Assembly: GCA_017462605.1 (NCBI GenBank)
Contig: JAFTQV010000071.1
Coordinates: 15,336 to 79,335 of the forward strand
Direction of reading: 5' to 3'
DNA length: 64,000 nucleotides
Source of the DNA: Clostridia bacterium
GTDB taxonomy: Bacteria; Bacillota; Clostridia; Oscillospirales; CAG-272
This document shows positions 40,063 to 49,193 of the stretch, in pieces. Numbering within the stretch: the stretch's first letter is position 1; the number at the start of each line of letters is the position of its first letter. The notes beneath the pieces are model-generated. The model was not told the origin of the DNA and ran no database searches. It worked only from the letters and a program-made list of their open reading frames with translations. Position numbers and translations under genes: made by a program.

Positions 40063-41181
40063 TCAGAATTCCTCAGCCGAATCGGCATCGGATAAAAGAT
40101 CGATCTCGTCCGAGAAGCTTGAGTAATCTCCGAACTTGCCGGAATACTTGGACTTTTTCATTATATGAATAGCGTCCGGCTCGATATAAAGACCTATATT
40201 TGCATCGGGAGCAACGTAATCCGTAGACTGTATCATCCACTTAAAGCCCTTTATATCGACTATGATCTCATAATGAACGCCCTTGAAGGTAACGCTCGTT
40301 ACCTGACCTGTAAGCATGCCCTTTTCGATATCAACAACGTCAACGTCCTCGGGTCTTACAACGACGTCGACCGCTTCGTTTTTCTCAAATCCGCCGTCAA
40401 CGCAATCAAAAGTATGGCCTGCGAAGCGGACCTTTTTATCCTGAAGCATAATACCGTCGATTATGTTACTCTCGCCAATGAAGTCGGCAACGAAAGCATT
40501 CTTAGGCTCATTATAAATATCCGTCGGAGTTCCTATCTGCTGAATCTCACCGTCTGCCATAACAACGACGGTATCTGACATTGAAAGAGCTTCTTCCTGG
40601 TCGTGCGTAACGTAAACGAATGTGATTCCGATAGCCTTCTGAATAGTCTTAAGCTCATTCTGCATATCCTTGCGGAGCTTAAGGTCAAGCGCGCCGAGCG
40701 GCTCGTCGAGAAGAAGGACCTTAGGATGAGAGACAAGTGCGCGCGCTATCGCAACTCTTTGCTGCTGACCGCCCGAAAGAGTGCTGACGCTTTTATTCTC
40801 GAATCCGAGAAGCGCGACCATCTTAAGCATATCGCCAACGCGCTTTTTGATATCTTCCTCGGGAATTTTCTTCATCCTGAGAGGAAAGGCAATATTTTCA
40901 TAAACGTTAAGGTGAGGGAAGAGCGCGTATTTTTGGAAAACGGTATTTACTTGCCTTTTATAAGGCGGCATATCGCTTATTTCAGCGCCGTCAAAATAAA
41001 GCTGACCCTCATCAGCAGTCTCAAATCCGCCGATTATACGAAGGGTCGTGGTCTTTCCGCAACCCGAAGGACCGAGCAGGGTGATAAACTCTCCGTCTCT
41101 TATATAAAGGTCTATGGAATTTAATACACACTCACCGTCATAAGACTTGGTGATACCTTTTAACTCAATGAGCTTTGCCAT
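40063..41181 (-). CDS. potA: spermidine/putrescine ABC transporter ATP-binding protein
   Basis: 'GPSGCGKTT', 'LSGGQQQR', 'LLLDEP' and a C-terminal TOBE-like domain. Confidence 0.9.
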   Translation of the reverse strand: MAKLIELKGITKSYDGECVLNSIDLYIRDGEFITLLGPSGCGKTTTLRIIGGFETADEGQLYFDGAEISDMPPYKRQVNTVFQKYALFPHLNVYENIAFPLRMKKIPEEDIKKRVGDMLKMVALLGFENKSVSTLSGGQQQRVAIARALVSHPKVLLLDEPLGALDLKLRKDMQNELKTIQKAIGITFVYVTHDQEEALSMSDTVVVMADGEIQQIGTPTDIYNEPKNAFVADFIGESNIIDGIMLQDKKVRFAGHTFDCVDGGFEKNEAVDVVVRPEDVDVVDIEKGMLTGQVTSVTFKGVHYEIIVDIKGFKWMIQSTDYVAPDANIGLYIEPDAIHIMKKSKYSGKFGDYSSFSDEIDLLSDADSAEEF

Positions 41182-41279
41182 TTTTTAAAAACCGAGATCC
41201 TTTCACGAAATTCATAAATCACAAGCTTTTCGCCTAAACCGATATCTGTCGACTTTCTTCGAGCTATGGCGATGAGGGT

Positions 41280-41308
41280 ATTATAGCAAAAACATATACA
41301 ATTTGCAA
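41280..41308 (-). promoter_or_regulatory. sigma-A promoter of potABCD
   Basis: On the minus strand: TTGCAA (41308-41303), 17 nt, TATAAT (41285-41280). Confidence 0.7.
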
Positions 41309-41413
41309 TAGTTTACGTAAATTTTCTTAAAAAACTTTTATTAATTATCCGAAATTATCCGCCGTGGGGCGTGAAAAAACAGTTATTTCCCGAGATTTTC
41401 TCGTGCAAAGCTC

Positions 41414-42073
41414 TTAAAAGCTCTTAAAAGCTCGTTTTTTCTCCCGTTTTCTCTTAAAAAACACTTTACCGTCATTTTTGACGGCCTTGAATAGAAAAAA
41501 TATAAAAACAAAGAATGACCAGTATCCCGAATTAAATCTCGAAATGAAATAAAGAGAGAGAAAAGAGAGTATGGCAGAAAATAAAAAAGAGATCCGAAAA
41601 AGCGCGATCTCGCAGTATCTTTCCTTACCCGTAAGTATCAGAATACAAGTCATTATCCTGTATCCGTCATAGCCTTGGATGCAAAGAAGATTGGAGAGCG
41701 CGGTTATAAGGTTAAGAAGTGCGAAAATAAAAATATATCCCTCGCTTTTGATGAGCAGAAGAAAAATGAAAACAATAATATTGAGCATCGGTCCCGAAAG
41801 AGCAACGGCAAGCTCTTCCTTATATGAAAGCATTTTCCCGGATCTGAGGCGCGGCCCCGATACCGTTCCGTAAAGAGAAAATTCACCGCCTACGGCAAGG
41901 AGTGCCACAACGTGCCCCGCTTCGTGTATAACAGCTGATATAACGGTCAATACAGCCATCCATATTTCGTCAAAGCTGAATATCATAAGCACGAAAAAAA
42001 GATAGGGAAGCACCGATAAAAGTCTTGCTCCCGTTTTTTTGAAAAAAGCAGATAGCTTATCGTAAAGTTGCAT
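41414..42073 (-). CDS. M50/site-2-protease-family membrane metalloprotease
   Basis: HExxH 'HEAGH' inside a TM helix and a later 'NLL..QGYDG' (LDG-like) motif. The protein is polytopic. Confidence 0.7.
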   Translation of the reverse strand: MQLYDKLSAFFKKTGARLLSVLPYLFFVLMIFSFDEIWMAVLTVISAVIHEAGHVVALLAVGGEFSLYGTVSGPRLRSGKMLSYKEELAVALSGPMLNIIVFIFLLLIKSEGYIFIFALLNLITALSNLLCIQGYDGYRIMTCILILTGKERYCEIALFRISFLFSAILSFLSLYFISRFNSGYWSFFVFIFFLFKAVKNDGKVFFKRKREKKRAFKSF

Positions 42074-42146
42074 AAATATTTAAATCCTTTAATGTATATA
42101 ATGAATGAAAAAATTCTTCACGGGCAAAAAAATCCGGACTTCGCAC

Positions 42147-42175
42147 TTGAAAAAAGTTTTTTGTTATGTTACGAT
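42147..42175 (+). promoter_or_regulatory. probable sigma-A promoter
   Basis: TTGAAA, 17 nt, TACGAT. Confidence 0.5.
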
Positions 42176-42214
42176 TATATATATTAAAAAATAAATTATA
42201 ACCGGGAGACAAGT

Positions 42215-45196
42215 ATGAAAAGAAATTTACTTTTGACATTGCTTATCGTTATCGCGCTCTCCGTTTCGGTGATCTTGACCTCTTGCCTTGAGGGAATAGA
42301 GATCCCCGGAGTTACCGATACTCCTTCAACCGAAGACGGTAAGGATGATGATCAGACCACAGATGAAGGCGGCAACAATACCGACACCGTAAAGAAAGAG
42401 ATGAAGACCGTAACGTTCAGATACAATGGCGCAACGGTGCATACTCTTGAGATCGAATCCGGCAATAAGATAGATAAAGACGAGCTTGTTGCAGAGCTCG
42501 CAAAGAAGGATCTCACTTTCAACGGATTTTTCACGGATTCGGCGCTTAAGACGGAGTTTGATTTCAATACCGAGATCACAAATAACGTTAAAGTATTCTG
42601 CCGCAATTCTTACGTTGTAAAGTATTATTACGGCGATGAAGTTATCCTCGTCCAGCACGTTGATAAGGAGAAGAAATTCTTTACTCAGGCAATGGCAGAT
42701 GAGAAGGACGCGCTTCGCGTGGGAAATGAAAAGTTTACGGGTATATACACCACTCCCGACGCGGATATTGATCCCAAGGAGCTTGGAGATACAAGCCCTG
42801 TTGCAGTTGAGTTCGATTTTCTCCAAGACGTAACGAGTGACCTTAACCTTTATTGCAAGAGATTTGTTGAAGTTACTTACAGATACGGAGACAAAAACGT
42901 ATTCAAGCAGTACGTAGATACTTACGGTGGCTTCACCAAAAAGCAGCTCGATAAAAAGGATAATTTCCTTTATCACGGATATCATTTTGATAACTACTAT
43001 TCGGACAACGGTTGTACTGTCGCTTATGATTACAAATCCATCCCCACCTCGGACATTGTTATTTATTGCGACAGAGACGAGACCAAAGCGGGAGCAAACG
43101 TTACCTGGAGAGTTGAAGAGGATACCGCAGCAGGTACTGTAAAGCTTATATTTGAGGGCGAGGGCGATATGTACGCTTTCGATATGCAGGATGACGTTCC
43201 GTGGCGCAACCAGTATTATATGTCTATAAATGAGGTAGTTATCGAAGAGGGAATTACGTCTATCGCTAATTTTGCGTTCAGCCATTGCCTTCTCCTTACC
43301 GATATAAACCTTCCCGAAACGCTTCGTCACATCGGCGCCTCTGCTTTCTATAAGTCGGGCATTGCGAATATCAATTTTCCCGATTCTCTCAGAAGCATCG
43401 GTGAGTTTGCATTCAATGAATGCACAGGACTTGTTGACCTTAAGTTCAACGCGGGTCTTGAAAATATAGCAAACGGAGCTTTTTATAAATGCTCGAATAT
43501 TAAAACAGCAGTTCTTACCGATACGATTATTTCATTCGGAACGAGTGCCTTCCAGGATTGTAATGCGCTTTCGGCCGCTTATTACATAGGAACGAAGGAG
43601 CAGTACGATAAGGTCGATATCGCGCTTGATAACTACTGGATCAATGAGCTTGCTCATACTTATTATATCTCAGAAACCAAGCCCTCGGAGCCCGGTCCTT
43701 ACTGGTACTATGACGAGGACGGTAATATCTGCCAGTGGTATTATACTATCTGGTATCTTGAAAGCCCTGTACACAGAGTGCCCTTTAAAGTAGACTACGT
43801 AGACGTTGACGGCGCGATAACAGCTGAAAACGTTGCGTTCCAGAACTCCATAGTTCATAAGGGTTATAAGTTTGCAGGCTGGAATCTCTCCGGCGATGAT
43901 AGCGGCACGTATTTTGTTCTTACCGAGGGCGAAACTCTTACTTCGGACATTAAGCTCGTTGGTAACAGAGGAAAGCTTTGCGGCGATAACGTTGAGTGGA
44001 ATTTCAATAGATACACTTCTACTCTCGAGATAAAATTGATCGACGGTAATATTTCCGACGGAGCAATGTGGGATTTTGAAACCGTTCAGGACGCTCCATG
44101 GCTTGCGGAATATAAGAACCGTATAAAGAACGTTGATATAAAGAGCGGAGTTACTCACATCGGCAAATTCTCCTTTGTTGATTTTAAGGACAATGCGAAC
44201 CCTTATACCAACTTCTCTTATATCGTTATACCCACAAGCGTGACCTCTATTCATCAGAATGCTTTCTCGGGATGCGATCATCTTCTTTATATTTATTATG
44301 AAGGAAGCGCGGCAGATCTTTACGGAGACGGAACCAACCCCGCAAAGATATCCGGAATAAACGAGCTTAATTTCGGCAGCTCAAGCGCGCAGACAAGGGT
44401 TTACGCAAAGGCATCCGAGGGCACTACCGCCGACGGAGCATACTGGACTGTCGTTAACGAAAGCAGAGTAGCTTGGATATATAATTCTCAGCTCAAGGGA
44501 ATCGTTATAGGCGGTGGAGACTCTACTCACTCAATCGTTGATTTCGCAATCGTCGAGCAGACTCCCTGGTACTCGCTTAGCGAAAATATAAGCACCGTTG
44601 CGGTTAACGCGAATATCGTATCGATCGGCTCAAACGCATTCTACGGTATGACAAGCGTCACCGGTATCGTCGTTACCGAAAGAATTTCCAAGATCGCCGC
44701 TACCGCCTTTGAGGGCACAGGATACTATACTGCAATGTATAACGCAGGCGCTGTCTATCTCTATACTGCGGGTACGGGCGTTAAGTACGGTCACCTTATA
44801 AAGGTCAACCCCGAAAAGCTCACCTCGGATACGTTCATTATCCCTGAGAAGACTATCTCTATTGCGGAGAATGCTTTTGACGGCTGCGCTAATCTCGAGA
44901 AGCTCGTGCTTACCAAGGACGTGAAGCCTCTCAGCATCTTCTATTATAAGGATGTCAGCGCGAATGTGACCAGAACCGCATTCGGAGACGTTACCGACCT
45001 TGAAGTTTTCTTTGACGGACTTGAGGATGCATGGGTAGAGAATTACGCATCCAGAGTTCCTGCTAAAACCGTATATTTCTATTCAGCGGATATGCCGACG
45101 GCTAACGTTGAGAATTATTGGCATTGGCAAGGATCTGAGACTCCCGATGATCCTACCGATGACGTTAAGATCCCGGCGCTCTGGTCTGTAGAATAA
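42215..45196 (+). CDS. large surface lipoprotein with InlB-B/'Listeria-Bacteroides' repeats and BspA-type LRR blocks
   Basis: Lipobox LTS|C, repeated 'F.G(F/W/Y)(F/Y/N)(T/S)D' beta-repeat cues (FNGFFTDS, FTGIYTTP, FDNYYSDN, FAGWNLSG), and three LRR blocks 'I...AF..C..L..I'. Confidence 0.75.
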   Translation: MKRNLLLTLLIVIALSVSVILTSCLEGIEIPGVTDTPSTEDGKDDDQTTDEGGNNTDTVKKEMKTVTFRYNGATVHTLEIESGNKIDKDELVAELAKKDLTFNGFFTDSALKTEFDFNTEITNNVKVFCRNSYVVKYYYGDEVILVQHVDKEKKFFTQAMADEKDALRVGNEKFTGIYTTPDADIDPKELGDTSPVAVEFDFLQDVTSDLNLYCKRFVEVTYRYGDKNVFKQYVDTYGGFTKKQLDKKDNFLYHGYHFDNYYSDNGCTVAYDYKSIPTSDIVIYCDRDETKAGANVTWRVEEDTAAGTVKLIFEGEGDMYAFDMQDDVPWRNQYYMSINEVVIEEGITSIANFAFSHCLLLTDINLPETLRHIGASAFYKSGIANINFPDSLRSIGEFAFNECTGLVDLKFNAGLENIANGAFYKCSNIKTAVLTDTIISFGTSAFQDCNALSAAYYIGTKEQYDKVDIALDNYWINELAHTYYISETKPSEPGPYWYYDEDGNICQWYYTIWYLESPVHRVPFKVDYVDVDGAITAENVAFQNSIVHKGYKFAGWNLSGDDSGTYFVLTEGETLTSDIKLVGNRGKLCGDNVEWNFNRYTSTLEIKLIDGNISDGAMWDFETVQDAPWLAEYKNRIKNVDIKSGVTHIGKFSFVDFKDNANPYTNFSYIVIPTSVTSIHQNAFSGCDHLLYIYYEGSAADLYGDGTNPAKISGINELNFGSSSAQTRVYAKASEGTTADGAYWTVVNESRVAWIYNSQLKGIVIGGGDSTHSIVDFAIVEQTPWYSLSENISTVAVNANIVSIGSNAFYGMTSVTGIVVTERISKIAATAFEGTGYYTAMYNAGAVYLYTAGTGVKYGHLIKVNPEKLTSDTFIIPEKTISIAENAFDGCANLEKLVLTKDVKPLSIFYYKDVSANVTRTAFGDVTDLEVFFDGLEDAWVENYASRVPAKTVYFYSADMPTANVENYWHWQGSETPDDPTDDVKIPALWSVE

Positions 45197-45251
45197 AACT
45201 ATTCAAGGGGTTGCTTCATTTTTGAATTCTTAATGGTCAGCCCCTAAACAT

Positions 45252-45292
45252 AAAAGCAGCAGATGCGAAATTTTTCGCATCTGCTGCTTTTT
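45252..45292. terminator. bidirectional intrinsic terminator
   Basis: gcagcagatgcgaaa / tttcgcatctgctgc with a T-run. Confidence 0.85.
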
Positions 45293-45298
45293 ATAAAT

Positions 45299-46087
45299 TT
45301 ATTTGAATTTTATTTTCTTAGGTAATATTATACCGCGAGTTCCGGATATATGCTTAAGGCTTCCGTTTGCCGTCTCGATTATCAACCTTCCGTCATGACT
45401 GTCAACTCCGAGTATTTTGCATTTCCTCTTTTTTCCGTCCTCGTAATATCTTGTATGATAATCGGAAAGGATAAATTTCTTTTTATAAACGTCCATAAAT
45501 TTATCGCTCGACTTGATTCGTTTCGGATAAAGATTGAAAAATTTTGAAAGAATATTTTTTGCAATAATAAGAGGAATAGAGCTGCTCTCACTTTCGAAAA
45601 CCTTTTTGATAAGGTCGGAAAGTCTTGGGGGAAAGTCTGACTCCGTGAGCTTTACGGAGAAGCTGATAATAACGTATTCAAACGCTAAGTGGCTGTCAAG
45701 CTTACCTTCAACGGTCGTCGTACCGATCTTTCTGCCTTCGCAGAAGATATCGCTTATCCAACCGATCCCGAGCTTTTTAGTTGTATGCTCTTCGAGCGCA
45801 GATATAAGCGCAACGGCAGACATAGCTCCGAGAAATCCGGCTTGCGAAGGGAAGATGGAGGGGCGGAGAATACAGGAAAGATAGACTCCGCGTTCCTCGC
45901 TTCCGTCTGCAAGCTCTTCGCCAAGCGAGTTTAATTTGGTTTGCTTTTCCGAAAAAACTACGTAACCGTCGGTATAGCCGAATTTTGCATATGAGCGGGC
46001 AAGCTCATGAGTTGAGCCTACCGTGCTGTGGCATTCAAGATGCAGAATTTTGCCCTCTTGGGTACGCATTATTACCGAGCGCGCCAT
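45299..46087 (-). CDS. biotin-protein-ligase-fold (BirA-like) protein with a non-canonical biotin loop
   Basis: 'GSTHELA' and '...FSEKQT...' match the BPL catalytic core, and 'GRKIGTT..EG' carries the Lys. The GRGRxGR loop is replaced by 'KLNSLGEELADGSEERG'. Confidence 0.55.
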   Translation of the reverse strand: MARSVIMRTQEGKILHLECHSTVGSTHELARSYAKFGYTDGYVVFSEKQTKLNSLGEELADGSEERGVYLSCILRPSIFPSQAGFLGAMSAVALISALEEHTTKKLGIGWISDIFCEGRKIGTTTVEGKLDSHLAFEYVIISFSVKLTESDFPPRLSDLIKKVFESESSSIPLIIAKNILSKFFNLYPKRIKSSDKFMDVYKKKFILSDYHTRYYEDGKKRKCKILGVDSHDGRLIIETANGSLKHISGTRGIILPKKIKFK

Positions 46088-46126
46088 AGTTTTTCCTTTC
46101 TTTTATTTATATTATGGGATAATTTA

Positions 46127-47569
46127 TCAGTACGCCTTGCCCCAGTAAACGAGCTTATGCGCATCTCTGCCGCAGCATACGCACTTGTCGCCGACGGGCT
46201 CGGCATCGAAGGGCATACAACGAGAGGTCACGTCAGCTACTTCCTTAAGCTTTTCTTCGCATTCAAGCTCTCCGCACCACATAGCCTTGATATAACCGCT
46301 CTTCTCGCCTGCGATCTTGATAAGCTCGTCAAGATCGTTTGCCACGTAAGTTCTGTTCTCTCTGTTCTCAAGAGCCTTTTCGCGAAGCGCGTCAATAAGC
46401 TTGTTGAGACCTGCATTTACCTCGGCAACGATGTCGCTTATCGCAACGAAGGACTTCTCTCTGTTGTCTCTTCTGACTATAACGCACTTTTCGTCCGCAA
46501 CGTCGCGAGGACCGATCTCTATTCTGAGCGGAACGCCTTTCATCTCGTATTCGGAGAACTTCCAGCCGGGGCTTTGATCGGAATCGTCCATCTTGACCCT
46601 GATGCCGGCAGCCTTAAGAGTGTCGTAGATCTTGCCCGCAGCCTCGAGAACGCCTTCCTTATGCTGCTGTATAGGAATGATCACTACCTGTATCGGCGCA
46701 ACGGCAGGGGGAAGAACGAGACCCGAGTCGTCTCCGTGAGTCATTATGATACCGCCGATAATTCTCGTTGAAACTCCCCATGAGGTCTCATGGCAGAATT
46801 TGAGCTTATTATCGTTATCAAGGAACTGAATACCGAATGCCTCGGCAAATCCCGTTCCGAAATTGTGCGAGGTGCCGCCCTGAAGAGCCTTACCGTCATG
46901 CATAAGAGCCTCAACGGTGTACGTAGCCTTAGCGCCCGCGAATTTTTCCTTATCGGTCTTTCTTCCTCGGATGACGGGCATACCGAGATCGCGCTCGAAA
47001 AACTCAGCGTAAACGTTGAGCATCTTGAGTGTTCTTTCTTCTGCCTCTTCGGCAGTTCTGTGTACTGTATGACCTTCCTGCCAGAGAAATTCTCTTGAGC
47101 GAAGGAAGGGGCGTGTAGTCTTCTCCCAACGCACAACCGAGCACCACTGGTTGTAGTTAAGAGGAAGATCTCTGTAAGACTTTACAACGTTAGCAAAATG
47201 CTCGCAGAAAAGAGTCTCAGAAGTGGGGCGCACGCAAAGGCGCTCTGTAAGTCTTTCGCTGCCGCCGTGTGTGACCCAAGCAACCTCGGGAGCAAATCCC
47301 TCAACGTGCTCCTTCTCCTTTGTGAGAAGAGATTCCGGTATAAACATGGGCATATAAACGTTCTCAACACCGGTTTCCTTAAACCTTGCGTCGAGTATCT
47401 TCTGAATGTTTTCCCAAATGGCATATCCGTAGGGGCGGATTATCATGCAGCCCTTAACGCTTGAATAGTCGATAAGATCGGCTTTCTTGACAATGTCGGT
47501 ATACCATTTTGCAAAATCCTCGTCCATCGAAGTTATCTCTTCAACGAACTTCTTATTGTTACCTGCCAT
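46127..47569 (-). CDS. proS: proline--tRNA ligase (archaeal/eukaryote-like type, no INS editing domain)
   Basis: The N-terminus 'F..WY.D...KA.L.DY..VKGC.I.RP.G..IWE' and the C-terminal Zn-binding-like domain ending in Y. Confidence 0.95.
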   Translation of the reverse strand: MAGNNKKFVEEITSMDEDFAKWYTDIVKKADLIDYSSVKGCMIIRPYGYAIWENIQKILDARFKETGVENVYMPMFIPESLLTKEKEHVEGFAPEVAWVTHGGSERLTERLCVRPTSETLFCEHFANVVKSYRDLPLNYNQWCSVVRWEKTTRPFLRSREFLWQEGHTVHRTAEEAEERTLKMLNVYAEFFERDLGMPVIRGRKTDKEKFAGAKATYTVEALMHDGKALQGGTSHNFGTGFAEAFGIQFLDNDNKLKFCHETSWGVSTRIIGGIIMTHGDDSGLVLPPAVAPIQVVIIPIQQHKEGVLEAAGKIYDTLKAAGIRVKMDDSDQSPGWKFSEYEMKGVPLRIEIGPRDVADEKCVIVRRDNREKSFVAISDIVAEVNAGLNKLIDALREKALENRENRTYVANDLDELIKIAGEKSGYIKAMWCGELECEEKLKEVADVTSRCMPFDAEPVGDKCVCCGRDAHKLVYWGKAY

Positions 47570-47609
47570 ATAATTTTAATGTCCTTTCGCAAAACAAAAT
47601 ATATAATAA

Positions 47610-47638
47610 ATTATATAACAAGCCGTCGGTTTTGTCAA
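47610..47638 (-). promoter_or_regulatory. consensus sigma-A promoter of proS
   Basis: On the minus strand: TTGACA (47638-47633), 17 nt, TATAAT (47615-47610). The leader is ~34 nt. Confidence 0.8.
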
Positions 47639-47717
47639 GTGCGCAATCAAAAAATACCGATAAACTGTCATAAGAACACGGCTTTTAAAGAATTTTGCAT
47701 ATTTTTTGCAAAAGGAC

Positions 47718-47746
47718 TTGCAAAATTCAAGCAAATATAGTATAAT
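47718..47746 (+). promoter_or_regulatory. sigma-A promoter of the aminotransferase gene
   Basis: TTGCAA, 17 nt, TATAAT. Confidence 0.75.
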
Positions 47747-47810
47747 GGGAAGGAAATTTGCTAAAAAATGAATTTTTGACATTTTGAAAATTCAAAAAGG
47801 ATGTAATGAC

Positions 47811-49088
47811 ATGAAAAAAATCAGAGATTTAAGCTGCTCGGAAGCGGAATTTGAGTACGAAAAAATACGCGGCGAGTATGAGAAATATTGCAAGTCGGGT
47901 CTTTCGCTCGATCTTTCAAGAGGTAAGCCCAATTCGGATCAGCTTAATGCGTCGGCAGGAATTCTTGATCTTTCTCTCAGCCGTGAGGATTGCATAAATC
48001 CTTTGGGGATCGATTACCGTAATTACGGATTTGTAGACGGTATTCCCGAGGCAAAGGAGCTTTTTGCGGATCTGCTCGGTCTTGATAAAAACAATATCGT
48101 GGTTGCAGGTAACTCTTCACTTCAGCTTATGTACGACGCTCTCTCAAGAGCTATGCTTTTCGGTACTCCGGATTCTACTTGCCCCTGGTGCCGTGAGGAG
48201 GGGCTCAAGTGGATATGCGTCGTCCCCGGCTACGACCGTCATTTTAAGATCACAGAGGACCTTGGCTTTGAGCTTATTTCCGTTAAAATGACGGAGAATG
48301 GCCCCGATATGGATGAGGTTGAAAGACTTTGCCTCGATCCCAAAGTGAAGGGCATATGGTGTGTTCCCAAGTATTCCAATCCAACGGGCAATACTTATTC
48401 CGATGAAACGGTAAGAAGGCTTGCTTCAATGAAGTGCGCCGCGCCTGACTTCAGAATTATGTGGGATAATGCATACGCCGTGCATGCATTCGGCGAGAAT
48501 GACGATAAGCTTCTCGATATATTTGAAGAGGCTAAGAAATATGGCAATGAGAATAGAGTTCTTTACTTTGCATCTACCTCTAAGATAACTTTACCCGGAG
48601 CAGGCGTTGCTATCGTTGCGGCAAGCGAAGCTAATATTGCCGATATCAAGCGCCGTATGGGAACTCAGACTATCGGATACGATAAGATCAATCAGCTTCG
48701 CCACGTTTTGTATTTTAAGAATGCCGAGAACGTTATGCTTCATATGAAGAAGCTTGGCGGCGCGCTTAATACAAAATTTGAAATTTTAAGCGAAGCTCTT
48801 ATGCCACTTAAGGAAGCGGGCGTAGCGGAGTGGACGAAGCCCAACGGAGGCTATTTTATCTCGCTTGACGTTACCTTCGGCTCAGCCAAGAGGGTATACG
48901 AATTGATGAAAAACGCCGGCGTGACTCTAACGTCCGCAGGCGCAACCTTCCCCTACGGCATAGACCCCGAGGATAAGAACCTGAGGCTTGCTCCTTCGTA
49001 TCCTGCGGATGAGGACCTTGCTCTTGCTTCAAAAATACTCGTTCTTGCGGTATTGCTTTCCGCGCTCGAGACCAAAATAGGAAAATAA
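47811..49088 (+). CDS. PLP-dependent aminotransferase (class I/II fold)
   Basis: PLP-lysine context 'FASTSKITLPGAGVA' and 'WDNAY'. The start was set at ATG 47811 (MKKIRDL). Confidence 0.75.
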   Translation: MKKIRDLSCSEAEFEYEKIRGEYEKYCKSGLSLDLSRGKPNSDQLNASAGILDLSLSREDCINPLGIDYRNYGFVDGIPEAKELFADLLGLDKNNIVVAGNSSLQLMYDALSRAMLFGTPDSTCPWCREEGLKWICVVPGYDRHFKITEDLGFELISVKMTENGPDMDEVERLCLDPKVKGIWCVPKYSNPTGNTYSDETVRRLASMKCAAPDFRIMWDNAYAVHAFGENDDKLLDIFEEAKKYGNENRVLYFASTSKITLPGAGVAIVAASEANIADIKRRMGTQTIGYDKINQLRHVLYFKNAENVMLHMKKLGGALNTKFEILSEALMPLKEAGVAEWTKPNGGYFISLDVTFGSAKRVYELMKNAGVTLTSAGATFPYGIDPEDKNLRLAPSYPADEDLALASKILVLAVLLSALETKIGK

Positions 49089-49094
49089 ATAAAG

Positions 49095-49125
49095 AAGACT
49101 GCTTTAAAGGGCAGTCTTTTTTATT
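49095..49125 (+). terminator. intrinsic terminator
   Basis: aagactgc / gcagtctt followed by ttttatt. Confidence 0.75.
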
Positions 49126-49152
49126 GACAAAAACGAATAATAGTGCTAAAAT
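49124..49152 (+). promoter_or_regulatory. sigma-A promoter
   Basis: TTGACA (49124-49129), 17 nt, TAAAAT (49147-49152). Confidence 0.7.
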
Positions 49153-49193
49153 AATTACGTAAAATATATATAGCTTTCAAAAGGAGAATAAAA

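Noticed and set aside
41182-41279. Possible riboswitch in the ~90-nt potA leader
   Set aside because: I found no stable conserved-looking helices or a terminator/antiterminator pair. It is noted only as an unusually long leader.
47570-47810. Expected T-box leaders upstream of proS (and likewise glyA/cysS at 27187-27389)
   Set aside because: The consensus promoters leave leaders of only ~25-35 nt. No AGAGA/GNUGCGA or T-box 'AAUUAGGGUGGUACCGCG'-like sequence is present on the relevant strand.
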